Shown: piece by piece, positions 9,163 through 18,487 of the stretch
Position numbering within the stretch: the stretch's first letter is position 1
Layout: the number at the start of each line of letters is the position of its first letter
Assembly (NCBI GenBank): GCA_027490575.1
Contig: JAIXXV010000032.1
Span: 13,211-77,210 of the forward strand
Source: a bacterium
GTDB taxonomy: Bacteria; Patescibacteriota; Minisyncoccia; Phycocordibacterales; CAIZLB01
DNA length: 64,000 nt
Direction of reading: 5' to 3'
Program-made: the position numbers and the translations under genes
Notes under the pieces: model-generated
Told to the model about the DNA's origin: nothing
Databases searched by the model: none
Seen by the model: the letters and a program-made list of their open reading frames with translations, nothing else

Positions 9163-10143
9163 ATGTGCTTTATGAATTCTTCAGAAAATATTTATGATCT
9201 TATCATTATTGGTGGTGGTCCTGCAGGCGTTGCAGCAGGTGTTTATGCATCTCGTAAAAAGCTTCGCACGCTCTTTTTGACAACAGACTTTTTAGGACAG
9301 AGCTCTGTTTCAGAAGGCATTGAAAACTGGATTGGTACTATCAAGATTAGTGGCACAGATCTATCAAAAGACCTTGAGGCTCATTTGCGTGCCTATGCTG
9401 GCGATATTGTGGATATAAAGACAGGTATATGGGTTAAGGATATCAAAAATCTCTCAGAACCTTCGCCTGCATCTACCCTATTTGAAGTAACAACAAAAGA
9501 CTATTCAGAAAAAGAAAGCTCGTACAAAGGCAAGACGGTACTTATAACCACTGGTAGTACACGTCGAAAACTTCCAGCTAAAAATGCTGATGTATTTGAG
9601 CATAAAGGTCTTACTTATTGTGCAACTTGTGATGGGCCTATCTTCTCTGGACAAGATGTTGCAGTCATCGGTGGAGGTAACGCTGCTTTTGAAAGTGCGG
9701 CTCAACTCGCTGCTTACTGTAAATCAGTGACTATAGTTAACCGTACTGACAAGTTTAGAGCTGACCCTGTTACAGTTGAGAAAGTTTGTGCTATGCCAAA
9801 CATGAAGGTTGTGACAGGTGTAGTTGTCGAAGAAATACTTGGAGATAAGTTTGTCAGTGGTTTTACATACAAAAAAGACGGATCAGATGTACTCGAGACA
9901 CTAGCGGTTACCGGTATCTTTGTGGAGATAGGACTAATACCAAACACTAGTTTCGCAAAGGAGGTAGTAGAGATAGACGCATATGGAAAGATAGCCGTTG
10001 ACCCTCGAACACAACAGACCAAAACAGCTGGCATATGGGCAGCTGGTGACTGTACAGATGGACTTTACCACCAAAACAACATTGCAGCAGGTGATGCAGT
10101 GAAGGCTTTGGAAGATATATATGTGAATTTGTTTACGAGGTAA
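9163..10143 (+). CDS. trxB: thioredoxin-disulfide reductase
   Basis: FAD motif IIGGGPAG, redox CATC motif, NAD(P)H motif VIGGGNAA, C-terminal GIWAAGDC. Confidence 0.9.
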   Translation: MCFMNSSENIYDLIIIGGGPAGVAAGVYASRKKLRTLFLTTDFLGQSSVSEGIENWIGTIKISGTDLSKDLEAHLRAYAGDIVDIKTGIWVKDIKNLSEPSPASTLFEVTTKDYSEKESSYKGKTVLITTGSTRRKLPAKNADVFEHKGLTYCATCDGPIFSGQDVAVIGGGNAAFESAAQLAAYCKSVTIVNRTDKFRADPVTVEKVCAMPNMKVVTGVVVEEILGDKFVSGFTYKKDGSDVLETLAVTGIFVEIGLIPNTSFAKEVVEIDAYGKIAVDPRTQQTKTAGIWAAGDCTDGLYHQNNIAAGDAVKALEDIYVNLFTR

Positions 10144-10361
10144 TTTCAGCACTTCAGAAACTTTAAAAAACAATCTTTATTTTATTTGACACCCCTTTGT
10201 CAAAATGGTTTTATATATCACAGAAACGACTGTCGGGTCGCTAGCGATATGGTATAAAAAGTGGTCTGGCTTTCAGTCAGCTCTCTTAGGGTAGCAATTT
10301 CCCTACCTATCAGGATCATTCAAAAACATAGGGGCCGACAACCCTTAGGAGGATAATAATC

Positions 10362-11222
10362 ATGCAAAGCGAATTAGAAAAACAAGTAGAAGGAGCAGAA
10401 GATGGTGCAGAAAAAGACGAAATCGACTCGAGCATCTCGAGTGAGGTAGTTACCACGACAACAACAGCGCAAGGTGTCAAGCTTACCGAGCGAGAGCTCA
10501 GGATGCTGTTTGTCAGGACAAATCTGATTGACGACCTTGTCATGAGTATCGCAGGGAAAGTCCCTAAGAATGAAAAGGATGCCGGCCGGATCAAGAAACT
10601 CATTATTGCGACTCCTGCACAAATCTTGATCTTTGTTATCATTATGATACTGGCAATATTCACAATTTCGTCAGCGAAACATCTTGATCAACTATTCACA
10701 GGGACTGTGTCCAGTGCACTACTCAGTGTATCAGCAATCATGCTAGTTTTTTCCATCATCTTCACGTTGATTTCTGCGATTCGATGGTGGTATGACTACA
10801 AAAAAGAGCAGATTGACGGTTTGAAGAAGGTTGAACTCTTCATCGAGCACTTCCTCGATTCAATCATCCCAATAGAACGAGTCGATCAGGATAAAGTAAT
10901 CCATGAACTAGATGAGTTCGTCTTGGAAAGACTAACAAAAGTCTATCTTCATCTGCAAGCATATGTGGAATATTGCTCTATAAATCACATGATTTCTGTG
11001 TACGGTGTTCCGGAAAATTACGCTGAGTACGAAGAAGAGTGTGAAGTCATGTTTGATATTGCAATTAAAATTGGATGGAGCGTTGGAAATATTAGCCATT
11101 CAAGAGGTCGAATTGCAGGTGCTATCAAACGTCGAATCGATGAACTTGGAGGAGACGGTCTCTGGTCTAATACCTACTACCAGAGATGTGTTCATGGGCA
11201 CACTTGGATATTCCCAACATAA
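10362..11222 (+). CDS. hypothetical membrane protein (2 predicted TM helices), GC-richer than surroundings
   Basis: 286-aa ORF with a good AGGAGG RBS; two long hydrophobic helices; no family recognised. Confidence 0.5.
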   Translation: MQSELEKQVEGAEDGAEKDEIDSSISSEVVTTTTTAQGVKLTERELRMLFVRTNLIDDLVMSIAGKVPKNEKDAGRIKKLIIATPAQILIFVIIMILAIFTISSAKHLDQLFTGTVSSALLSVSAIMLVFSIIFTLISAIRWWYDYKKEQIDGLKKVELFIEHFLDSIIPIERVDQDKVIHELDEFVLERLTKVYLHLQAYVEYCSINHMISVYGVPENYAEYEEECEVMFDIAIKIGWSVGNISHSRGRIAGAIKRRIDELGGDGLWSNTYYQRCVHGHTWIFPT

Positions 11223-11260
11223 GTACATGGTATAACCCGGTTTGTTTGATGATCCAGTAT

Positions 11261-11291
11261 GCGCTCCGCCTGAAAATGGCGGAGCGTTTTA
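11261..11291 (+). terminator. rho-independent terminator
   Basis: GCGCTCCGCC-TGAAAAT-GGCGGAGCG followed by TTTT. Confidence 0.65.
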
Positions 11292-11448
11292 ATTATTTAC
11301 CTATTTACTTATAGTACAAAAATGCTTTAATCTACCTAGATTTTGGTTGTCGGACCATATCTCCAAACACGTAGCATGGAGTAACGGCCGAAAACCGTTG
11401 TTTCCTGGACCCGAAAAGTCCCGTTAATTTGGCACATTCAAAATACAA

Positions 11449-12249
11449 ATGAGGGGCCGACACTTCTCGCACTCAAATACAATGAAACTCAGTGAAATCA
11501 ACTACCGCTTTACAGTCGAACCTGTATTGAGACTAATCCAATCCATGATGAAAAATGGCAATTACATCACTCCACAGAGCTCAAGCAGAACTCTGTCGAT
11601 GATGTTTTGGCTAAATTCGTCCATACGAAACGAGCTGATGCAATGGACTTTCAAAATTGGTCCATCGTGGCCAGAAGATCCAAATCCTCTAAAATCAATT
11701 ACAGGCGCAATGATTGCATTCATCATTGCATTAGCAGCAGGAGTGGCGCAGTACTTATTTCCAAATTTAGTACCATTTTTGATCATTTTCTTGCCCTCAG
11801 CAGTACTGTGTATTTACTGGACCACACTGTCTTTAGCCGCTGTGGTAGTCAGAATCAAAAAAGCATGCTTTCTTACTGACTTTATCAACATAGTTGGTAC
11901 AATACCGCTAATAAGGAGGCAGCATCTCATAAACCCTGGACATCGTGAAAGTAGCTATGATTACCTTGTCGTGGTGATGCTTTTGCAACAACTCATGAGT
12001 GTTTCCAAAAAGGTCAAAGGTAATACTGAAGACCCGAAGCTAAAAGATGAAGAGAAAAGGCTATATGACTCAGCCTTCAAACTTGGTGTACTAGGAGATG
12101 ACATCTCGGCCGTATACACGTTGGTATATCGGTTGATTGAGGAAAAGGAGCAAGGTAAACCTATAGGATCGGGTCAAAATAGCGGCGGAGATGGAGACGG
12201 CTTTCCAGAACCTGACCCAGACGCACTCCCGACAAGCGTCCTTGGTTAA
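11449..12249 (+). CDS. hypothetical multi-pass membrane protein (alternative start at 11482)
   Basis: 266-aa ORF with several hydrophobic helices; shares a 5' leader motif GAGGGGCCGACA with the preceding gene; C-terminal Gly/Asp-rich tail. Confidence 0.45.
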   Translation: MRGRHFSHSNTMKLSEINYRFTVEPVLRLIQSMMKNGNYITPQSSSRTLSMMFWLNSSIRNELMQWTFKIGPSWPEDPNPLKSITGAMIAFIIALAAGVAQYLFPNLVPFLIIFLPSAVLCIYWTTLSLAAVVVRIKKACFLTDFINIVGTIPLIRRQHLINPGHRESSYDYLVVVMLLQQLMSVSKKVKGNTEDPKLKDEEKRLYDSAFKLGVLGDDISAVYTLVYRLIEEKEQGKPIGSGQNSGGDGDGFPEPDPDALPTSVLG

Positions 12250-12383
12250 AGAGACAACGGAAGAGCGCCTGAGAAATCTGAGTAATAGAACGAGATTCTA
12301 GGACTGTGACCACTGTACCTGATAGCAAAGGTATGGTGGTTTTTTATTTGTAAATTATTAGCACCACCCACCTTTTGCACCCA

Positions 12384-12468
12384 ATTCTTAATCCTTAATT
12401 CTTAATTTGCCGGTTCTGTTAATTCTGCGGGCAATTGTCAATTGCTAATTACTAATTACTAATTGCTC
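12384..12468. repeat. 7-nt periodic low-complexity array (TAATTNN/CAGNTAN family)
   Basis: aattcttaatccttaattcttaat...caattgtcaattgctaattactaattactaattgc; heptad phase CAA/TAA/CAG on the minus strand. Confidence 0.6.
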
Positions 12469-13832
12469 ACCTCCAACTTCCTCGCAACCCATTTAGTCAA
12501 AGGCGGTTGTATCACCAGAGTCATAATTATCACCCACATACCTATTGAGATAAGCATTTCAGGGTTACCAATATCGTATTTTGTCAAAAGACCACTGTAT
12601 GCAACTTGCACAAGAAGTACTGCTGGGATAACGCCAGTCTCTCGGACCCATGACATGAAGAGAAGCTCGCGAGTGTTAAGATCAATCTTCTTTGAAAAGA
12701 AACCGAGTGATAGAAATACTGAGGCAGGACGCACGATGAACATAAAGACAAGTCCGGCGAGTATTCCAAACCAAGCGTATTGTAGTAGCATTTGCACATT
12801 GACCAATGCTCCTAGGAGTATAAAGATACTTGGCTTTGCAATCCCCTCCACCAGCTGATTGAAAAATGTTTCTGTCTTGTGCACTTTTTCGTTCAATACA
12901 ACTAGAAGCCCTGCGATGAATGATGCTAAGTAACCACTTCCGCCAAACAGTACCGCAAATGCATATGCCATAATAGGGATAGCGATGAAGAAACCGATGT
13001 CGGCGTGGCACTCCGCACGCATTACCCTTTGTCTAACAAAAAATCGGATTGCAAAGAATCCGATAATACCAACTATTGACCCTACTACTAGCTCTTTTGA
13101 TAGGAAAATCATTGATTCCATAGAGACTAGTGCGCTAATACCTTGTGACATGTGCGTAAAAGCCCCTGCTCTTTCTACATACGTGATAAATGCCAATGTG
13201 ACCAAAGTACCAACCACGTCCGTCAATGCACTTTCTGAAACCAAGATGTCTTTGATACGGTCTTTCTTGAGCTTAAGCTCTTTGAACACAGGGATGATGG
13301 CTGCTGGATCAGTCGATGCAAGTATTGCCCCCAAAAGTAGTGCTAGCGACACGGACATTGTCATACCTGTCACTGTGCCGAGGACCGATAGACCTTGTGC
13401 CATAAAGAGAGTAGATGCCACAAGTCCGATGAAAGATAGTAGTACGGTAGGTAAAACTATTTTTCTAAATGATGAAAACGATATCTCCAAGCCTCCACCA
13501 AAAAGTATATATACCGCTGATATAGTAACTATCATGTTTAGAGCTGCGCTGTTTTCTATAAGTGGTTCCAACAAGTTGTGCATACTTAAACCTATAAACA
13601 AGGCAACTAGAAACGATGGAAATATTGTCCCCCTAGAGAGCGAGTGACAGATGGTACCCAGAAGAAACATTCCTCCTATCAAAAACAGTGGGGTTATACC
13701 CCCTACATGATCCACAGGAATCATTTCCGAATACTGTACAAACAATGCATTGAATATTGCAAAAACCGTAACACTGGTCAAAAGTATAAATGATGATGAA
13801 TGTCTCTTAAGCTTGCTTAGTTTGGCTATCAT
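12459..13832 (-). CDS. cation:proton antiporter (CPA1/NhaP-type Na+/H+ exchanger)
   Basis: 457 aa, 10-12 TM segments; ILASTDPAA motif (TDP signature of CPA1). Confidence 0.7.
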   Translation of the reverse strand: MIAKLSKLKRHSSSFILLTSVTVFAIFNALFVQYSEMIPVDHVGGITPLFLIGGMFLLGTICHSLSRGTIFPSFLVALFIGLSMHNLLEPLIENSAALNMIVTISAVYILFGGGLEISFSSFRKIVLPTVLLSFIGLVASTLFMAQGLSVLGTVTGMTMSVSLALLLGAILASTDPAAIIPVFKELKLKKDRIKDILVSESALTDVVGTLVTLAFITYVERAGAFTHMSQGISALVSMESMIFLSKELVVGSIVGIIGFFAIRFFVRQRVMRAECHADIGFFIAIPIMAYAFAVLFGGSGYLASFIAGLLVVLNEKVHKTETFFNQLVEGIAKPSIFILLGALVNVQMLLQYAWFGILAGLVFMFIVRPASVFLSLGFFSKKIDLNTRELLFMSWVRETGVIPAVLLVQVAYSGLLTKYDIGNPEMLISIGMWVIIMTLVIQPPLTKWVARKLEVSN

Positions 13833-14024
13833 ATTGGTGATTAATTTTTAATATATCTTTTCTAAAAAATCAAAAAACCACATGGCGCGCGGCTTTTGTA
13901 TCTGAGGAGAAAATGATCGATGAGCTGATTTGAGATCAGACCACCAACTTTCTCAAACTGAGTTCTAAACCTTTTAGTTACATCAGTACTCAAGTCGTGG
14001 AGGCTATAATTATATTGATTCTTG

Positions 14025-14042
14025 TGGGCGGTAGAGGATTCG
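14025..14042 (-). repeat. 18-nt duplicate of the tRNA-Val 3' end (tRNA fragment / att-like repeat)
   Basis: TGGGCGGTAGAGGATTCG is identical to 14181-14198 (the 3' end of tRNA-Val on the minus strand), then diverges. Confidence 0.55.
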
Positions 14043-14180
14043 GTCCTTACAGGACCAGTACAGGTTTCCTATTTTCTCAAAGCTCGACAAATCTCGCTTT
14101 TCAAAAATATAGGATAACCTTTTCGAATCCTCCAGAAGCGATGCTTCTGCCGCCTATAACCGTACTTCGTACGATCACTG

Positions 14181-14253
14181 TGGGCGGTAGAGGATTCGAA
14201 CCTCTGACATCAACAACGTCAATGTTGCGCTCTACCAACTGAGCTAACCGCCC
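14181..14253 (-). tRNA. tRNA-Val (anticodon GAC)
   Basis: Manual cloverleaf: GGGCGGT/ACCGCCC acceptor, GCTC/GAGC D-stem, CAACA-TTGACGT-TGTTG anticodon arm, AGAGG-TTCGAAT-CCTCT T-arm; 73 nt, no encoded CCA. Confidence 0.85.
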
Positions 14254-14361
14254 ATGCCCTGTTTTTGTCTAGTTTTACAGCTTTATATCTTACCTTTCAG
14301 TAAATATATCGACTAGTAATTTTTAACAAAACGCATTTTTTAGTGTAGCAAATACACGTAA

Positions 14362-15195
14362 TTATTTCAACATAAATTGACACATTATTGCCATATGATC
14401 TGAAACATTACCTACAACCTTTGCTTTGTCTAGGTAAAACCTATTTCCTGAGAACATACAGTCTACCACTAGCATTAACCCGCCTGCTCTATGCAAGGTT
14501 TTATCAATTGTGGTTTTACAATCTTTTGGAACATTGTCGTTAAGGATACTGGACAAGCTATCGTACAGACACTTCCCTCTTGGTGAATTCAGGTCACCGC
14601 AAAGTATCGTGTTTTCTAAATCTTTTTTTGATAAAAAGTTTATAAGATTTTCATAATGACGCATTTGTTCACCTGTAACCCCCCCTTTACCAGACCAAGT
14701 AAAGTGAATATTTGCTATTGAAAAAGACGTTTCCCTTTCCTTCCCATTTACTACAAAATTTGCCAAAGTTAAATTTCTTCGATAAGTTTCCGAGTGTTTA
14801 TTTTTGTCATGGTAAACAATCTCTTTATCTGGAAAATCTCCATAGGAAAAAATCTCACTTGAGCCTATTTTGTGTTTTGAAAGTATCAATGTCCCTGATT
14901 TTGAGAAATCATACTTTTCTAAAGCACCTTTTTCTTCATTTACTACTATTTCATAATGATTCATCAGCTTACTATAAAGAAAATCACCTGTAGGCGTCAT
15001 GGTCTTTTCCTTGTAAGGTAAAATGGTTGCCGGCGAAAATAAATGGTGATGCATATTCAAGGAATGAGAGAGGTAATCTATATCTTTCTCAAAGACCTCC
15101 TGTAGACAAGCAACGTCTGGGTTTTGCTCTTTTATGAAAGGTATAAATTTGTCAAAATGCTTATCCAGTTCAATGTTTAATGTTATAACTTTCAT
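14362..15195 (-). CDS. endonuclease/exonuclease/phosphatase (EEP) family protein
   Basis: DVACLQEV, GDLN and SDHMAI motifs characteristic of the EEP (DNase I-like) fold. Confidence 0.7.
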   Translation of the reverse strand: MKVITLNIELDKHFDKFIPFIKEQNPDVACLQEVFEKDIDYLSHSLNMHHHLFSPATILPYKEKTMTPTGDFLYSKLMNHYEIVVNEEKGALEKYDFSKSGTLILSKHKIGSSEIFSYGDFPDKEIVYHDKNKHSETYRRNLTLANFVVNGKERETSFSIANIHFTWSGKGGVTGEQMRHYENLINFLSKKDLENTILCGDLNSPRGKCLYDSLSSILNDNVPKDCKTTIDKTLHRAGGLMLVVDCMFSGNRFYLDKAKVVGNVSDHMAIMCQFMLK

Positions 15196-15322
15196 AGATT
15201 TATGATTACTAATATATCATAAGTCAGAAAATCACCTTACCTTTATATATTTTGCTTTTTTTAACAAAAATGTTATATTGTTGACCACGCAATGGCTGTA
15301 TAGTACAGCTTGAGCAAACCAT

Positions 15323-15371
15323 GGCCCTATCGTCTAACCTGTTTAGAATATAGCGGACACGGCCTTTTCAA
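15323..15371 (+). pseudogene. degenerate partial copy of the tRNA-Glu 5' half
   Basis: GGCCCTATCGTCTAAC...GGACACGGCCTTTTCAA matches the acceptor/D/anticodon arms of the downstream tRNA-Glu but has a 16-nt insertion in the D-loop and lacks the T-arm. Confidence 0.5.
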
Positions 15372-15403
15372 TGAAAAGGTAGGTTTGGTAAAAAACAATA
15401 TAT

Positions 15404-15475
15404 GGCCCTATCGTCTAACGGTTAGGACACGGCCTTTTCAAGGCTGTAATCGGAGTTCGATTCTCCGTAGGGTCA
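15404..15475 (+). tRNA. tRNA-Glu (anticodon UUC)
   Basis: Manual cloverleaf: GGCCCTA/TAGGGTC acceptor, CGGCC-TTTTCAA-GGCTG anticodon arm, CGGAG-TTCGATT-CTCCG T-arm; 72 nt. Confidence 0.85.
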
Positions 15476-15684
15476 CAGATTTTAACGAACAAAGTGAGTA
15501 TAAAATCGTGATGCAGGGGTACTTCATATTTTCGAGCTTGCAATGAAAATATGTTAGTACCAGCTGCGCACAGATTTTAACGAAACAGTTCTCAAGCATA
15601 TAAATCTTTTTTTGCTTACATAGCTATCACAATCATAAGTAAAAAGGGGTTGAAAATCAGATTATTTGATATACTTACTTCTAT

Positions 15685-16128
15685 ATGGAAACCAAAAAAG
15701 TAGGAGCTGGTTTTGGAATAATGATACTCCGAGACAATAAAGTATTACTCGGACAAAGACACATTGACCCCGAGAAAGCTGACAGTGAATTAAACGGCGA
15801 AGGCACGTGGACTATGCCCGGAGGAAAACTAGAGTTTGGAGAAAGCTTCGAGGAAGGAGCAGTGAGAGAAGTTCAAGAAGAGACGGGTATAGATTTAGAC
15901 ATAAAGGATGTAAAGGTTATTAGTCTTTCCAATGATATGGTTCCGACTGCTCATTTTGTAACTATCGGTCTTTTGTGTTTAAACTGCCCACAAGATCCGA
16001 AAGTAATGGAACCTGACGAAATAACCCAGTGGAACTGGTTTGACTTAGAAAATCTTCCTGAACCACTTTTCGAGCCAAGTAGAAAGATTATTCAAAATTA
16101 TTTGAGCGGTGTGTTTTATAATGGTTAA
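15685..16128 (+). CDS. NUDIX hydrolase
   Basis: Nudix box GGKLEFGESFEEGAVREVQEETGI (Gx5Ex7REUxEExGU). Confidence 0.8.
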   Translation: METKKVGAGFGIMILRDNKVLLGQRHIDPEKADSELNGEGTWTMPGGKLEFGESFEEGAVREVQEETGIDLDIKDVKVISLSNDMVPTAHFVTIGLLCLNCPQDPKVMEPDEITQWNWFDLENLPEPLFEPSRKIIQNYLSGVFYNG

Positions 16129-16218
16129 TGTTGACTACATCTTTTTATAATTGTAACATCTTCGGCAGAACCCAGAGTTCCAAATACAAACCTCAAAACA
16201 TGAAAGGAAACGACATAG

Positions 16219-16860
16219 ATGAACATTTCAGAAGAGATTTCAATTAGGGTCAACAGAAACTTGACAGATCGCCTTGGCGGCCTGGAAAGCCAACTGGTTG
16301 AAACAATGAGTAAGGAGAGGGTAAAAATGGCCAAAAGGCAAATGCTTTCAAAGTACACAGCTGCCATTGCAGTCAATTTCACCGATTGGATAGGAAAAAC
16401 CTACCCGTGGACAAGAAGCCTTGAAGCTCAGTTGGCGCTCATGGATCTTCTTAACCAAGAGCAGACTAATGATCGAATCGGGGCGCTGCACAGGCTTGCT
16501 AAACAATGCCAAGCAATGCCACAGGAAGAGCATTTTGCCGTCGTTGAAGAAAAAGTTTCTGCTGTTCGCCACCTACTCACGAACATCAAGACAGTAGGTA
16601 TTAGTGGTTTAGCCGTAATAGCAATACTTGAAAATGCATCTGAGGTTTTTATGCCCACACTTGAAAGTTGGGCTATATCACTTGGTTGCATCGACTTTGA
16701 GTATTTTGAAGTGAAGGAAAAGCCAAACGGCAAACATGCTAGTTCCCTGCTAAATGGTCTAGAAATCGAATTGTCTCGGAATTATCGCAACTTGGACCAA
16801 CTTCTCAGTACTGCAGAAGCTCACAGTCTCAAGCTATTATCCAGCATCTTCAGTATCTAG
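16219..16860 (+). CDS. hypothetical protein (GC-richer ORF)
   Basis: 213-aa ORF followed by a terminator at 16893-16927; no family recognised. Confidence 0.45.
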   Translation: MNISEEISIRVNRNLTDRLGGLESQLVETMSKERVKMAKRQMLSKYTAAIAVNFTDWIGKTYPWTRSLEAQLALMDLLNQEQTNDRIGALHRLAKQCQAMPQEEHFAVVEEKVSAVRHLLTNIKTVGISGLAVIAILENASEVFMPTLESWAISLGCIDFEYFEVKEKPNGKHASSLLNGLEIELSRNYRNLDQLLSTAEAHSLKLLSSIFSI

Positions 16861-16892
16861 ATTGTGGCCAAAGTCCTGTTTATCGTACCCCT

Positions 16893-16927
16893 ACCCTGCC
16901 ACTTCACGGTGCGCAGGGCTTTTATAT
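16893..16927 (+). terminator. rho-independent terminator
   Basis: CCCTGC...GCAGGG hairpin followed by CTTTTATAT. Confidence 0.5.
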
Positions 16928-16943
16928 AAAGAAGCAACATGCA

Positions 16944-17237
16944 TTAGGCCTTGGACATATACTCAGTATTAAATATTTCTAGCATTTCAGACTCAGTAAA
17001 ATCTTCTTGTTTGTAACAATCATCGTGGTTCTCATTTGCGAAAGCCAGAGTATATTTTCCATCATCTTGTTTTTTCACACCATACAAACTTATAGCACCG
17101 TACTCTATTGAGTGAATGATTTGAGACATAGTACCAATCAACTCTTCCTTATCCTCCTGATACTCATGATCATGAAAATGATACATAAGCAGCGCTTTGT
17201 CGATTGGTGGGTTTTCACCTTGGTGTGGATTTTCCAT
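16944..17237 (-). CDS. hypothetical small acidic protein
   Basis: 97-aa ORF; His/Asp/Glu-rich; no family recognised. Confidence 0.35.
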   Translation of the reverse strand: MENPHQGENPPIDKALLMYHFHDHEYQEDKEELIGTMSQIIHSIEYGAISLYGVKKQDDGKYTLAFANENHDDCYKQEDFTESEMLEIFNTEYMSKA

Positions 17238-17296
17238 TTGTTTTGATTATAACATTATCTGACAACTACTACACGTTAACATATATCTGCTACTTG

Positions 17297-17974
17297 CTAA
17301 CACCCTCCCCACAACCCAACTCCCGCACTCTTTGCAACTCCCTCAGCCGTCCTAAACACATTTTGCATCTTTGTATCTGGCTTATATGCCTTAGCACGAG
17401 CGTAACCACCCTCAACTAGTTTTAGGTTTACAAAACCGACATCAACGTACTCACCTGTCACATTATCTTTTTCGACTACATAAACATAACGAAGCAGTCT
17501 TCCAAAACGGTCCTTGTCGCTGACATCTTTTTCTAACCTAACTACTTTTCCAAAAACCAACTCTTCGTTTTTCAACTTCGCATTCAGACCATAGCACTGT
17601 ACCTCCTCAGTCGGATGCGCCGTCTCAGGTGCATCGATACCGATATATCGAACCTTCCACTCACCTTCTCTGTTTCGTACCTCTACAGTGTCACCATCGA
17701 CAATCCTAGTCACTAGATATTGCCCTGCTTGAAGTTGATTTAAAGTATTTTGAACAAATGATTCGTCCAAGACGCGCACATTTGGAGTATCTACTTCTGT
17801 GCCTTTATTATTCTCCGCTTCAGAATCATTAAGCTGTGTTGATTGATTTAGAGATTTATTTCCAATATTAAAATTTTCAGAAAGTATGTTGTTCGCAAGG
17901 ATGTCATAACCAAAAAACACCAAAAGTAAGGCGACTATCAAATACAGTATTTTTTTGGTGTTTTTAGAGCTCAT
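17297..17974 (-). CDS. thermonuclease (staphylococcal/micrococcal nuclease, SNase) homolog, membrane-anchored/secreted
   Basis: VTRIVDGDTVEV...VRYIGIDAPET...GRLLRYVYV SNase core motifs; N-terminal hydrophobic anchor MSSKNTKKILYLIVALLLVFF; start chosen at the internal ATG. Confidence 0.75.
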   Translation of the reverse strand: MSSKNTKKILYLIVALLLVFFGYDILANNILSENFNIGNKSLNQSTQLNDSEAENNKGTEVDTPNVRVLDESFVQNTLNQLQAGQYLVTRIVDGDTVEVRNREGEWKVRYIGIDAPETAHPTEEVQCYGLNAKLKNEELVFGKVVRLEKDVSDKDRFGRLLRYVYVVEKDNVTGEYVDVGFVNLKLVEGGYARAKAYKPDTKMQNVFRTAEGVAKSAGVGLWGGC

Positions 17975-18086
17975 TATGTTTAGTGAAGGTATTATATTAT
18001 AATCAGACCAGAACATGAAACTCGGTCAGGTAAAAAACAGTTAAAAAAACCGACATATTAGTACAAATCATTAACTACACAAAATC

Positions 18087-18443
18087 ATGCCACTACCTAT
18101 GCCAAATGCTGTTCCTGAACCAGGATACTACTATCACTACAAACATGACGCAGAGGGTTCTGTAGACAACTACGCCTACTATGTTGTTGGAGTCGGATTC
18201 CACACTGAGGATGATCCACGTGAAGGAGAGGCTCATTTCTTGATTTACCAACCTCTTTATCCTGCCGCTGTCTATACAGCATCTACAGAACTTGGACTAC
18301 CTTGCTTTGACGCTCGGCCACTGAGTATGTGGATGGAATCTGTTGAGTACAAAGGTCAAACATTGCCAAGATTTAGCAAAATCACTGACCCAGCAGTGCT
18401 GTCACAGTTGGAAGCAAAGCGTGCGGAGATGTATGGTGTTTAG
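18087..18443 (+). CDS. DUF1653 domain protein
   Basis: GYYYHYK...YYVVGVGFHTE...LIYQPLY...RPLSMWMESVE...LPRF matches the DUF1653 pattern. Confidence 0.6.
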   Translation: MPLPMPNAVPEPGYYYHYKHDAEGSVDNYAYYVVGVGFHTEDDPREGEAHFLIYQPLYPAAVYTASTELGLPCFDARPLSMWMESVEYKGQTLPRFSKITDPAVLSQLEAKRAEMYGV

Positions 18444-18487
18444 TTGTATTGAATGATTAAGAAGCTCTATTATTAAATATTGAAACG

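Noticed and set aside
12384-12468. CRISPR array interpretation of the periodic intergenic arrays
   Set aside because: The period is 7 nt with no alternation of conserved repeats and unique spacers, and no cas genes are present; these are simple heptad arrays
13997-14242. 81-aa ORF on the plus strand
   Set aside because: Lies entirely over tRNA-Val and its partial duplicate; the repetitive translation (VGGRGF… twice) is an artefact of the repeated tRNA sequence
15310-15546. 78-aa ORF on the plus strand
   Set aside because: Overlaps tRNA-Glu and its pseudo-copy; an artefact of the duplicated tRNA sequence
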